Below are positions 48,463 through 61,050 of a stretch of 64,000 nt of DNA, piece after piece. Source of the stretch: Mustelus asterias (taxonomy: Eukaryota); NCBI RefSeq assembly GCF_964213995.1, contig NC_135815.1, forward strand, positions 10,354,001 through 10,418,000, read 5' to 3'. Every line of letters starts with the position of its first letter. Position 1 is the stretch's first letter. A program made the position numbers and the translations under genes. Under the pieces are notes generated by a model, which saw only the letters and a program-made list of their open reading frames with translations, did not search any database and was not told where the DNA came from.

Positions 48463-48786
48463 TCATAGAATCCTTAGTGCAGTAGGAGACCATTCGGCCC
48501 ATTGAGTCTGCACCGACCACAATCCCACCCAGGCGCTATCCCCATAACCCCATGCATTTACCTTAGCTAGTCCCCCTGACACTAAGGGACAATTTAGCAT
48601 GGCCAATCCATCTTACCTGCACATCTTTGGACTGTGGGAGGAAACCGGAGCACCCAGAGGAAACCCACGCAGACACGGGGAGAACATGCAGACTCCACAC
48701 AGACAGTGACCCAAGCCAGGAATCAAAACCGGGTTCCTGGCGCTGTGTGGCACTAGTGCTAACCACTGTGCCACTATGCCGCCCCA
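48463..48786 (-). mobile_element. HE1 V-SINE (type A)
   Basis: Full-length copy. Confidence 0.88.
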
Positions 48787-49340
48787 GAGATATGGCCCAC
48801 TGTTCAAAGAATGTTCATAACCATCTAGTTTCCCCTCAAACTGCTGCCAGACTATGGTGCGGGATAACTAATTTCTGAGATACATCCATACACTCTGCTT
48901 TCTCTCTACACTTGTGTCACCTCCTCTACTCATCATTCTTAGACTTCGACTTAGTAGCTCCGGTCCCTCGTGATGCCTGAGGCAGACAATGTGCTCCATC
49001 CTCTCCTGACAGAGCTGATGCTCTCGCACTGTTCCAGCATTGGTTGACCAGCTGAAGTGGTGCCACTGACCGTCTGGCACCAGTTCACCTTGGGTCACTC
49101 TCCTCTCTGTCCAGTAGAAGCCCACTGCATGACCTGATGGACAGGCTGTGATGATAAAAGTGGAGTGCCAGCAGAGATGTCTTTTGCAGATGAGGGATGA
49201 AACTGGAGGCTGTTCTGAGTATTCTATTACCACCGTGTTTGTTCTAAAAACCCCACCAGTGTTTGCCTAGAACCCTTCAAAGATATCTGGAATCAAAGGC
49301 CTCCAATTCCTTTTCTTGGCAGGTTTTCTGGTTCCAGGTA

Positions 49341-50008
49341 GGGTGGCACAGTGGCACAATGGTTAGCACTGCTGTCTCACAGCGCCAGAGACCCAGGTTC
49401 AATTCCGGCCTTGGGTCACTGTCTATGTGGAGTCTGCACGTTCTCCCCGTGTCTGCGTGGGTTTCCTCCCACAGTCCAAAGATGCGCGGGTTTAAGTGGA
49501 TTGGCCATGCTAAATTGCCCCTTAGTATCAGGGGGATTTTTTTTTATTCATACGTGGGACATGGGCATCGCTGCCTGGCCAGCATTTATTGCCCATCCCT
49601 AGTTGCCTTTGTTCAGAGGGCAGTTGAGAGTCAACCACATTGCTGTGGCTCTGGAGTCACATGTAGGCCAGACCAGCGAAGGATGGCAGATTTTCTTCCT
49701 TAAAGGACTTTAGTGAACTAAATAGGTTTTTCCAACAATTGGCAATGGTTTCATGGTCATCAGTAGATTCTTAATTCCTGATTTTTTTCTTGAATTCAAA
49801 TTCCACCATCTGCCGTGGCGGGATTCGAACCCAAGTCCCCAGAACATTGGTTGAGTTTCTGGATTAATAGTCTAGTGATAATACCTCTAGGCCATCGCCT
49901 CCCCATTAACAGGGTAAATAAGTGAGGTTATGGGGATAGGTCTGGGTGGGATTGTTGTTGGTGCAGTCTCGATGGGCTGAATGGCCTCCTTCTGCACTGT
50001 AGGATTTT
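49341..50008 (+). mobile_element. HE1 V-SINE split by an antisense family-2 SINE (49537-49904)
   Basis: HE1 breaks at GGGGGATT and resumes at ATTAACAGGGTAAAT. Confidence 0.85.
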
Positions 50009-50622
50009 AAGTTTTGACCATCATCCAACCCTATTAATTCCTTACTTAATGCTTCCCGTCTAAATTTATCCCCTTCCATTTACCTACATTGCTCTTATAG
50101 TGTGATGGATTAATTACTATGGCAACCAAAATCTTCTTCCTTTCAATTCTTCACAAAGGGAGTGCCTTCATTTCTCAGAAATCCAAACAACAGCCGCCAT
50201 CTCTTACCATTGATGGCTTCATCCTTATTCCTCTGTTTGGTACGCTTGGTCCCTCCATGTCCTCCCCAAACTGAACTCCTTCCTAACTTTTATTAATCCA
50301 TCACTCCAACCAACCCTTTCCTTCCCTCCAAAATGTTCCTCCACAACCTCTCTTTTATTCTCACGAAGGTTTCCCATCATCCTTCTTGCACTCCCGGATG
50401 GGATACAAGAATAGGATTACGGACCAATTTTCTGCACAAAATGTAGGAAGTTATCAATATTCCGCTGCCTAGCACTTCTCTGTCTTCTTCAGTTCTTCCC
50501 AAGCTCTGAATGCATCATCTGAGACACTTCTTCTTCACTCTGTATCCTGACAATATCGAAATTGAGAATCATCAGGTTGTCTTCTATCAAATAACTGCTT
50601 CTCTGGACCCCACACTCAATGA

Positions 50623-50748
50623 GGGTGGAATTTTCCCGTCACGCCCGCCACGGGAATCGTAGCGGGCGGGGGTGGATCATGCAAATGTCCGTTGACTTCG
50701 GGCAGGAATTTCCAGCCTTGGGACGAGCGCGGCTGGAAAATCCCGCCC
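50623..50748. mobile_element. MITE-like element
   Basis: TIRs GGGTGGAATTTTCC ... GGAAAATCCCGCCC; related copy at 63879-64000. Confidence 0.6.
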
Positions 50749-51097
50749 TCAATCTCCCTCAGTCATTGATTCCTCCAACAATCAGCAGGTTAAAATTCAG
50801 GCGCAGTGCTATTATTACCATCATTTCCTGGTTTAATCTCATTTTATTTCCAACACCTTTTGATCTTGGTGCCCTCCTGCATTTGGGCATTAACTCTCAT
50901 TGCATAAAAAGAGAATGTCTTGCCTGCGCAAGAGAATAATACTGCGGAAGCTGGAAATCTGAAATAAAAACAGAAAATGTTGGAATTACTCAGCATGTCT
51001 AGAGAGAGAAATAGAGTTAACGTTTCCGTTCCATGATCTAGTGAAAGGCCACTTTTCCATCCAACCTGTTTCTCCCTCTCCACCAGATGTTATCTTG

Positions 51098-51592
51098 TCT
51101 ATAGATGCACCATAGAAAACATCCTTTCTGGATGTATCACTGCTTGGTATGACTCCTGCTCTGCCCAAGACCGCAAGAAACTACAAAGGTTTGTGAATGT
51201 AGCCCAATCCATCACGCAAACCAGCCTCCCATCCATTGACACTGTCTATCTACACTTCCCGCTGCCTCGGCAAAGCAGCCAGCATAATTAAGGACCCCAT
51301 GCACCCCGGACATTCTCTCTTCCACCTTCTTCCGTCGGGAAAATGATACGAAAGTCTGAGGTCACGTACCAACCGACTCAAGAACAGCTTCTTCCCAGCT
51401 GCCATCAGACTTTTGAATGGACCTACCTCGCATTAAGTTGATTTTCTCTACACCCTAGCTATTACTGAAACATTATATTCTGCACTCTCTCCTTTCCTTC
51501 TCTATGCACAGTATGCTTTATCTGTGTAGCGCGCAAGAAACAATACTTTTCACTGTACGTTAATACATGTGACAAAAATAGATCAAATCAAA
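51098..51592 (+). mobile_element. Rex1/Babar 3' fragment
   Basis: CSAQDRKKLQR..AASIIKDPMHPGHSLFHLLPSG..SFFPAAIRLLN and tail. Confidence 0.88.
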
Positions 51593-51677
51593 TTAGTCGT
51601 CCACCTTTTCCAAAGTTTTCTTCAGCTGCCTTTTAGAGAAATGCATGTGAATTTTTACCTGTGGTAAATTGACAGAA

Positions 51678-51769
51678 TGGCCAGAATTCTCCAGTCTCAC
51701 ACACCCTCCACTGCTGCCAGCGAGAACCAAATAATCCCAGCCGTGGGCAAGGTCAGAGAATTCCGGCCA
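51678..51769. mobile_element. Short MITE-like element
   Basis: TIRs TGGCCAGAATTCTC ... GAGAATTCCGGCCA. Confidence 0.55.
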
Positions 51770-51889
51770 ATGTTCAGCTTTCCCTCCCTCGGTCTGGCAA
51801 GTGGTCGCAATTCCACAACCTACAGTTACACTTGGCACAGCTGATGGAGGAAGTGGAATGAAGGCAAACAGGAATATACCACCACAAAT

Positions 51890-51996
51890 AGCCTTGAGTC
51901 GAAACATCCCGAGGCCTTGTTCATCGTGGCCGGGGGCTTCAACCAGGCCAAGCTCAAGTGTGTCCTACCAAGATACCACCAACACATCTCCTGTCG
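51890..51996 (+). mobile_element. LINE AP-endonuclease fragment (Rex1-like)
   Basis: LESKHPEALFIVAGGFNQAKLKCVLPRYHQHISC (GDFN-like motif). Confidence 0.65.
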
Positions 51997-52834
51997 GATT
52001 TTCTGGCCCTTCCCACCAGAGGGATCTTCCGGTCCTGCCGAAGGTGACACGTTGCCTTCTCCACGATAGGGTCCCCAGTGGCAAAACGCCATAGTCATTG
52101 GTGGGACTGGAAGATCACACTGGCGGCCAGTGGTGAACTGCCTCCGTTGCTGGAAGACACATCGCGGGGAGGTGGGGGGGAGGGGAATGTCGGCCTACGT
52201 GCCTTTCTGTTAAAATTCTCTCCCATTCACAAATTTTACACATTTTGAAAACTCTTTTGTTTCTTTTGACTCTGTTCCTATTTCATATTTTTGTGCTTTT
52301 GGTTTGTTTTCTTAAAATGATATCAATTTATTGTTGTAGGCTTCTCATTTTATCCAGTCATTTCAATTTGTTTACTTTCCTTCATTCTTCAGTTAATCCT
52401 ATTTCCGCCCCATACTCGTCCCTTCTTTGCTGAACCTTTCAGTTTCCCTCACCATTTCCCTATCATTCTTGACCTTTCTCATGCCTTTATAAAGGTCCCT
52501 GAACCCGCTCAACTCATCCACTCCTTGCTTCTAACTGAACCAAATGAATTCTACATTATCTAGGTGTGTGCGGACCATGTCACTGCCTAGAACTTCAGGC
52601 CACCAGTTAATAAGATGGATCTTCTGATTCTGCTCACTGGACTGATTGAGATTTCCCATGTACCCATAATTATTTTCATCATCTTATAAACATTATCTTC
52701 TCTGGGCTATTTTACTTTGAATTTTCATTTCTTCCTGAGTTCTCTGCCTGGTGATTATTTGTTTGACTGCAGTAAGGTCCACCCTGTATCCTCAGACTGT
52801 GACCCCCCCTAGCTCTGAGCAAGAAGGAGGTTCC

Positions 52835-53155
52835 CGATGGTGGGCGTGTCCAGAACCAGGGGTCACAGTCTGAGGATACGGGGTCGACCATTTAGGACAG
52901 AGATGAGGAGAAAGTTCTTCGCCCAGACAGTGGTGAGCCTGTGGAATTCGCTACCACAGGAAGTAGTTGAAGCCATAACATTGATTGTTTATAAGAAGCA
53001 GTCAGATATAGCACTTGGAGCGAAGGGGATCAAAGGATTTGGGGGGAAGGCGGGATCAGGCTATTGAGTTGGATGATCAACCATGATCATAATGAATGGT
53101 GAAGCAGGCTTGAAGGGGCAAGTGGACTCCTCCTGGTCCTATTTTCTATGTTTCT
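52835..53155 (+). mobile_element. CR1 3' end
   Basis: SRTRGHSLRIRGRPFRTEMRRKFF..WNSLP plus 3'UTR. Confidence 0.85.
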
Positions 53156-54136
53156 AAGGTGCAATGATTTTTTTTAACCATGGTAGGGTGAGGAGGCAGG
53201 CCCCTAATCTACCTCAGTCAGAACAGCGAATGAACCCCATATTATTGGTGTTAATCTAATCCACACGGTAGCCTCTCCACCACCCCCCCAATTTAGTTAG
53301 TAAACGGGGATGATAATTGGCCAAAATGGCCACTCCTCCCCCTTTGGCAAAGTCCTGGTTCATTTTCAGCGAATGGAAGATATGCAATGGCTCCCAGTCA
53401 TTCACCGCAATATGGGCTGACTTTCCGAGGCCAGGGAAATGTTGGCAGGATTCCCACTTTCTTGGCTTGGAAGAGAGATGTCAATTCCTCTTAGATGAGT
53501 CGGGGGATGACAGATAAGTAAGGAATAGAAGGACATGTTGACAGATGAGATCAAATGGCCCAGATGAATGGAATGAGAATATTTATTCTACATTAATTGT
53601 TTTCAATTGTAGGCTGGTGTTGGACGTTTAATGGTGAGTACATATAAAGAGAAACTTACTGAAACTGTGGTGTGTTTGGGCTCGGAGCTGTATGCTTGTA
53701 ATGTTTCACTTTGTAAATAAATGTTAAACTAAGTAATGATTGGTTCTTGTACCATCCTCCATCAACTGGCTATTCGGATTAGAACAGAAATGCCTGCCCT
53801 GTCTGTAAGCTTCTTACATGAAATGAGTTGCGGATGTCTCAAACCATTCCCTCTCTGAGCATGAAACTGTTCCGAATTGGCACTGGACTGAATCTAACTC
53901 AGTGAGGTCTGACGAAGGGCCATTCAGACTCGACACATTGGCTCTATTCTCTCTCCACAGATGCTGTCAGACCTGCTGAGTTTCTCCAGCATTTTCAGTG
54001 AGGTCAGGAGATGGCTGATGAGGGAGATAGCAGGATGTCAGGAAGGTTTAGTAAAACAATAGCATCAATCTTTTAATCCTGGCCCTGAAGTGTTGGATGC
54101 TGGTGCTGTGAAAAGTGTTGCATTGTCGAGCTTGAC

Positions 54137-54520
54137 CCATAGAATCATAGAATCATACAGCGCAGAAAAGGCCCTTCAGCCCATCGGATCCACACTGACA
54201 CATTGGATACACCTGAACTCCCACCTAACCCCATCTGCCAGCATTTGGCCCATAGCCCTGAATGTTATGGCATGCCAAGTGCTCATCCAGGTACTTTTTA
54301 AAGGATGTGAGGCAACCCACCTCCACCACCCTCCCAGGCAGCGCATTCCAGACTGTCACCACCCTCTGGGTAAAAAGGTTTTCCTCACATTCCCCCCAAA
54401 ACCTCCTGCCCCTCACCTTGAACCTATGTCCCCTTGTGGCTGACCCTTCACCCCCAGGGGAATAGCTGCTCCTTATCCACTCTGTCCATGTCTCCCATAA
54501 TCTTGTCCACCTAGATCAGG
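54137..54520 (-). mobile_element. CR1 3' end
   Basis: FTQRVVTVWNALPG..FKKYLDEHL; (ATTCTATG)n tail. Confidence 0.85.
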
Positions 54521-54720
54521 TGGAGGTGGGTAAGCATCAGAGATACTCCTCAGATCTGATGCCTTGGGGTGGGGAAGAGACCCAAATAAAGTGGGATTCA
54601 CAGCAGACCATGGTGGAAAATCCTTCACTTGGTATACAAACAGAAATAATTGCAACCTTAAAGACAAAAAATACAATCATGGCTTTGTGAATGTTAAAAT
54701 CAGGCAGAAATAATGGAGCT

Positions 54721-55145
54721 AAAACAGGAATTACTGAAAAATCTCAGCAGGTCTGACGGCATCTGTGGAGAGAGAATAGAGCTAACGTTTCGATCTGGAT
54801 GACCCTTCATCAGAGCTGAAGACCTGAAGAGTTCTGACATCTCCAGCACATCTTTCAGTGGGAAATGTAGTTAGAGAGTGATATTGGCAAACACCTCAAG
54901 AGGTATTTGAAAAGTCTCTTTCTCTCTCTCTCAGAAAGTTAGAAATCATAGAAAACATAGAATCCCTTCAGTGCAGAAGGAGACCATTCTCCCTTCGTCA
55001 GAGCTGAAGACCTGAAGAGTTCTGACAAGGGGTCATCCAGACTCGAAACGTTGGCTCTATTCTCTCTCCACAGAGGCTGTCAGAGATTTTCCGGCATTTT
55101 CTGTTTTTGTTTCAGATTCCAGCATCCGCAGTATTTTGCCTTTAT
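54721..55145. mobile_element. Inverted pair of Penelope-like termini with HHR motifs, containing a templated insertion
   Basis: 54721-54817 is the reverse complement of about 55017-55108; CUGAUGA..GAAACGUU on the minus strand at 54780-54817. Confidence 0.75.
54841..54989 (-). repeat. Inverted local copy (149 bp) of 56236-56384, flanked by a 37-bp direct duplication
   Basis: One mismatch seen; 54803-54839 equals 54991-55027 (36/37). Confidence 0.95.
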
Positions 55146-55931
55146 CTCAAATGAAGGAGTAATGACAGAGGCCAGCGGATTTATGGAACAGATTACCCTC
55201 CGAGGCAATGGAAATGGATAGTATTGGCAAATTCATCGAAAGCCTCGATAGACAATGGGCAGAGAAATGTATCTGATGGATATTGGAGACAGGGACTTAC
55301 AGAATTCTTGTTTGGATGCTGGGTTGCAATGGCGTCTTCCCTCCCCATGTTAACAAAGGAACCAGTTACAAAGAGTAAAAATTCCCTTATGATTTCTGAC
55401 CTTGTAATGTGCGGGTAGAGACTCGGAGCGGCATGAAAGGAGTACGCTTTCAATAAACTTGTCTCCCGCTGGAGCAGATGAAAGCTGGCCAGCAGCAGCA
55501 GCTGCAGTTTGTGTCGAGGGTTTGAGCTCGTGTTGATGTGAGCATACTTTGGGCTTGTTTTATTAGTGAAGGGCCCGGCATCAGTTACCATGCCAAAAAT
55601 AGTCTCGCTTCTAAAGAATCACCAGTGTGGCCGAAAATGTTGGAACATTTCATCCCTTTTCCACTCCCTCACAGAGACAGAACGACGGAATTAAGCATTG
55701 CTGCTCAAAGGCTCCTTTGTGTCCACGTTGGCATCTCAAGTACTTTGTTTCCTCTCCATTGATCCCTCCTTACAGCAGCCAATGTCCCCCTTCTTCTTCA
55801 TAGAGCTTGATTCAACACTGAAATCCATCAGTCACTGCGCAACGTTCAATATCACCCACGTTCCAAATCCATTCTCCCCCACCCCCGGAATCCTTACTGC
55901 ACTAAAGCATCTTCTTCACCATCCACAACTT

Positions 55932-56285
55932 GGACAGCACGGTGGCGCAGCGGTTAACACTGCTTCCTCACAGCTCCAGGGAGCCGGGTTCGATTCCCGG
56001 CTTGGGTCACTGTTTGTGTGGAGTTTGCACGTTCTCCCCGTGTCTGCCTGGGTTTCCTCCGGGTGCTCCGGTTTCCTCCCACAATCCGAAAGTGTGCAGG
56101 TTGGGGGCATTGGCCACACTAAATTGCCACTTAGTGTCCCGTGATATGTAGGCTGGAGGGATTAGCGGGGTAAATATGTGGGGTTACGGGGATAAGGCCG
56201 AGGTGGGATTGTTGGCTGTGCAGACTTGATGGGCCGAATGGTCTCCTTCTGCACTGAAGGGATTCTATGTTTTCTATGATTTCTA
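55932..56285 (+). mobile_element. HE1 V-SINE (type A)
   Basis: Full-length copy. Confidence 0.88.
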
Positions 56286-56399
56286 ACTTTCTGAGAGAGA
56301 GAGAAAGAGACTTTTCAAATACCTCTTGAGGTGTTTGCCAATATCACTCTCGAACTACATTTCCCACTGAAAGATGTGCTGGAGTTGCCCAGACTTGTA

Positions 56400-57255
56400 C
56401 ACCTTGCATTGGAGGTGGCACAGCAAAGGTTCACTTAATTGGTCTCTAAGATGAATGGTTGTCCTATGAAGAGAGGCTGAGTAATATGTGTCTATACTCG
56501 ATGGAGATTAGAAGGATGAGGGGGGATCTAATTGAAACTTACAGAATACTGAGAGGCCTGGATAAAGTGGACATGGAGAGGATGTTTCCACCAGTAGGAG
56601 AGACTAGAACTCGAGGGCACAACCTCAGAGTGAAGGGACACTCCTTTAAAACTGATACGAGGAGGAATTTCTTCAACCAGAGGGTGGTGAATCTGTGGAA
56701 CTCATTGCCACAGAGGAGGCCAGGTCATTGAGTGTCTTTAAGACAGAAATAGATAGGTTCTTGATCAATAAGGGGATCAAGGGTTACGTGGAGAAGGCAG
56801 GAGAATGGGGATGAGAATCATATCAGCCATGATTGAATGGCGGAGCAGACTCGGTGGGCCGAATGGCCTAATTCTGCTATATCTTATGGCCTTATGATAT
56901 TCTCTGGAGTTTAGAAGAATGAGAATCAATCTCGTCTCCAAAGATGTGCTGGTTAGGTTGGTTGACCATGCAAAATTGTCCCTTAGTCTCAGGGGAATTA
57001 ATCGGTAAATACGTGGGGTTATGGGGATAGGGCCTGGGTGGGATTGTTGTTGTGCAGCTCAATGGGCCAAATGGCCTCTTTCTGCTCAGTAGGGATTCTA
57101 TGAAACATACAAGGTTGCGAAGGGGTGGATGATGAGAGGTTGTATCCGCTGGTCGGAGAATAAAAAATACGTGGCCACAGCCTCAGGATGAGGGGCCGAT
57201 CATTTAGGAGGAATTTCTTCACTCAAAGGGTTGTGAATCTTTGGAATTATCTAGC
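56400..57255 (+). mobile_element. CR1 3' fragments with a nested 5'-truncated HE1 (56936-57102)
   Basis: SYEERL..RRMRGDLIETYRILRGLDKV..WNSLP plus 3'UTR. Confidence 0.8.
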
Positions 57256-57624
57256 CCACTGGCCAAGAGTGGGAGGTGGACATACAGGAAGGTGAGGGTG
57301 CATACTTCATTTCTTAGACATGCATCATCAATTGTGCTTCTATTAGTGATTTAGATTGCTTGTTTCCTGTTGATGACACTCGGCACGGAGTTTCCAATGA
57401 GTGGACTGAACCACGAGGATCGAGGAGGCCTCAGGTTGATATGGTCAATGTCAGCCAGGCACCTGGGAAGGCATAATGCTTGATCTCAACACTCCTGAGT
57501 TATGGGATTTGTTCTTAGTAATTTTCCATTGGCTCCAACATGAAGTGCAAGGAATGTGCATATTCGGGAGGGGTGGAGTTAGTGGAAAAAACTGATGGGG
57601 GAGAAGGGGGAAGCTCAGTGATTT

Positions 57625-58148
57625 TGATTTGATTTGATTTATTATTGTCTGTATTTATATACAGTGAAAAATATTGTTTCTTGCGCGCTATAAAGACAAA
57701 GCATACCGTTCATAGAGAAGGAAAGGAGAGAGTGCAGAATGTAGTGTTACAGTCATAGCTAGGGTGTAGAGAAAGATCAACTTAATGCGAGGTAGGTCCA
57801 GTCAAAGGTCTGACAGCAGCAGGGAAGAAGCTGTTCTTGAGTCGGTTGGTACATGACCTCAGACTTTTGTACCATTTTCCTGAAGGAAGAAGGTGGAAGA
57901 GAGAATGTCCGGGGTGTGTGGGGTCCTTAATTATGCTGGCTGCTTTTCCGAGGCAGTGAGAAGTGTAGACAGAGTCAATGGATGGGAGGCTGGTTTACGT
58001 GATGGATTGGGCTTCATTCATGACCCTTTGTAGTTTCTTGCGGTCTTGGGCAGAGCAGGAGCCCATACCAAGCTGTGATACAACCAGAAAGAATGCTTTC
58101 TATGGTGCATCTGTAAACATTGGTGAGAGTCGTAGTGGACATGTCAAA
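57625..58148 (-). mobile_element. Rex1/Babar 3' fragment
   Basis: Same C-terminus and (TCAAA)n tail as other copies. Confidence 0.88.
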
Positions 58149-59326
58149 TGGTACTGACTGGTCCTGCCGCTGTCGAGATACTGCTTCTTCTCCACATTCT
58201 GGTATCTCATTGCCATGCTGTTGTTATTAAGTTCTGCTCAAGATGCTTCCTCCTCAAGTGACATGTCATGGTCTGTCTCAGATGTTTGTGTTTGTTGACA
58301 TGGGCTGCATCGTGTTTACTGTATTGTTTACCCCATTTGGCAGGGACCAGAACTACTCACTCCGCACGTTAATTATGGAGTAACGTGGTGCAATCTTAAT
58401 TCTACATTTTTAGTGGTGGGCATTGTCTGGCAAAGCCTTGCAAGCTGCAATAAGAATAGATGGGGGTGGTTCCTTGTGTTTTATATTCATCCGTGGCCTT
58501 TGTTTATCACATCTCTCTTGTTCCCTCCTTCCCCCCCCCAACCCTTGCCCCTGTTCTCCCTCCCCCACCCCTCACACATAGCGGTGTACTGTCTGCCTCT
58601 CTTTGATACATCTGAGTCACTCGGTTCCGTTTTGTATCATCCCTCCCCTCCATATTATACCCCATTGCTGGATTCCAAGTACGCCATGTGGCCTGCTACT
58701 CTCAATAGCTTTACAAAGCCTGTGGCCTGTGGGCACTAACATGTCCTCTTTGATATAATTGCTCTCATGTGTTTGCGGGCTCTTTTCCCAGTTGTTTTTC
58801 CTTTTCGCGCTGTTTCTTTTTTTGTTGTCTGTTCTGTGTCTGCGGTCATTACGCAGCAATGACGTTTTAGGTATATTTTGAAGAGGCAATGTTCCTTTAA
58901 TCCTGTATCCAAAATAACGTGGTCATACTGGACTGCACACATGTTCTGTGTTTCTATAACCAGGCTGCCTCTCTCCGTCTCTTTCTCTCTCTTCTAGCTG
59001 ATGTCGGGTAACATCTATCATTTCACATTCAGGTGTTTAAACCAGATAGTTGCAACGGGATTAGCGGAGCATCTCCCTGTGACACCTCCTTCCTATCTGT
59101 GAACCATCGACATCCTGGGGGGGGGGGTTACCATTGATCAGAAAGTTAAGTGGACCAGCCACGTAAATCCTGTGGCTACCAGAGCAGATCAGAGGCTAGG
59201 CATTTCTGCGGTGAGTAACTCACCTCCTGACTCCCCAAAGCCCGTTCATCATCTACAGGGCACAAGTCAGGAATGTGATGGAACACTTTCCACCTAGCCT
59301 GGGTGAGTGCGGCTCCCAGCAACACT

Positions 59327-59665
59327 GATTTGATTTGATTTATTATTGTCACATGTATCAGTATACAGTGAAAAGTACTGTTTCTTGCGCTATGCAGACA
59401 AAGCATACCATTCATAGAGAAGGAAAGGAGAGAGTGCAGAATGTAGTGTTACAGTCACAGCTAGGGTGTAGAGAAAGATCAACATAATGCGAGGTAGGTC
59501 CATTCAAAGGTCTGACAGCAGCAGCTGTTTTTAAATCGATTGGTACGTGACCTCAGACTTTTGTATCTTTTTCCCGACGGAAGAAGGTGGAAGAGAGAAT
59601 GCCCGGGGTGCGTGGGGTCCTTAATTAAGCTGGCTGCTTTTCCGAGGCAGCGGGAAGTGTAGACA
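59327..59665 (-). mobile_element. Rex1/Babar 3' end (abuts a LINE fragment at 59115-59325)
   Basis: Family tail and C-terminus. Confidence 0.85.
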
Positions 59666-59749
59666 ACACTGTCGTACTGGAGTTAATGTTATGAGGTGTT
59701 GGGGAGATCTTATTCAGGTATCTCCACACAAACCAGGACTCAAACATTC

Positions 59750-61050
59750 ACAAGACAATGGACGGATTTGAAAACAAAGCTGACAATTTTTAAATTGAAG
59801 GGTTTCTTGTGCAAGAGTCAATGTTGGCCAGAGGGCAAAGGGATGGTGGGAGAAGGAGCCTTGGTGCCGGTTAGGATACCGAGATCAGAGTTTTGGCTGG
59901 CCTCAAATTTAGGGAAGGTGGAATGTGGGAGGCTGGCCAGGATTACATGGGAAAAGCGTCTAGATGTAACAACGTAAAGTAACATTCTGTGGCTGTTCAT
60001 CTGTTAGCTATTATTTCTGGGTTAAAATAAAAAACAGGGCAATGGGTAAATCTGTTGGAGTTGGTGTACTTTCTTGCAACTTCATCGCCGAACATTACTC
60101 ATTTATCCTCAAGGATGCCTTTCAGCATAGCATATTAACAAAGGCTGGGGGGTCATGTAAAAATATTTCTCCGCACATTCTTTGCCCTCTTCACATCATT
60201 GTGTGAAGGAAAACCAAAATTCTTAAAATCCCAGCTTGGTTTGTAAAAGCAAAATCCGCCAGACAATTTAAAAGAGTATTACTCATACACGGTGCCAAGA
60301 ATGGAGGGTTTGGATCTGTACAAGCTGCACCCACCTTTAGGGGTAACTGGTAAAAGAACTTTATTGATTGCTATCAGTCTCCTTGCTTCTTTATCCTCCG
60401 TCTACATTACGAATCGATGTGCTGGTCTCGTGTTTCTCCTATCATGTGATTAGAATCCTGCAGAGTCTCCATTTGGACTATCAGATTTCCAAAGACAAAC
60501 ATTACTCACAGCGAACTTGTCTTTCCCCATAATGTTTCCTCTCTGTTTCGGAACAATCGATATCTCCGCAAACAAACCTTTACTCTCCCCGTCTCGTTTC
60601 CATTGTGAGTCTTTCAGGATATGGGGGATGGGTGAATACTGACGCAAACCCTTTTTATTGAAGCAAATACAAATGTCCTTTCACCTCTGATGAGAATCTG
60701 CCTTACTTACTTTTGTGATACAATTCCAAATTTCAATCAATTTGTGGTGAAAAGCTTTGCACAGGATGCGCAAAATTGCTTCCCAGTCACCAGTCAGGTG
60801 TAGTCACTTGTCGTATTGGGGTAAGGTGTTTGGGTAGATCTTTTAAGGTATCTGTAGTCTCAGGTAATTCAACAGTAAGTATTTAGTAACTACTAGAAAC
60901 TAGAAACATAGATACAACAAAGGTCCAAGCTAGGAGCTGTCTCCATGCTTGCTTCTACACATGGCTCTGTCCAACACTACACTGACCCCTAGGTGTGGGA
61001 TATGTGTTCTCTTACATCATTGTGTGGGCGGTACTGTACTGAGTTCCACG
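59750..61050 (+). pseudogene. Highly degenerate Tx1/L1-group ORF2 (post-RT region)
   Basis: Frameshifted LTKAGG, KNGGFG, TFRGNW*KNF, AGLVFLLSCD*NP..GLSDFQRQTL, RNNRY occur in the order expected for fish Tx1-like ORF2. Confidence 0.5.

Noticed and set aside
55193-55591. 132-aa minus-strand ORF
   Set aside because: Partly antisense to a decayed CR1 end, with no recognisable domain or convincing exon boundaries.
60155-60800. Stop-poor minus-strand frame suggesting an endogenous viral element
   Set aside because: No viral motif recognised; the plus strand is better explained as eroded Tx1-like ORF2.
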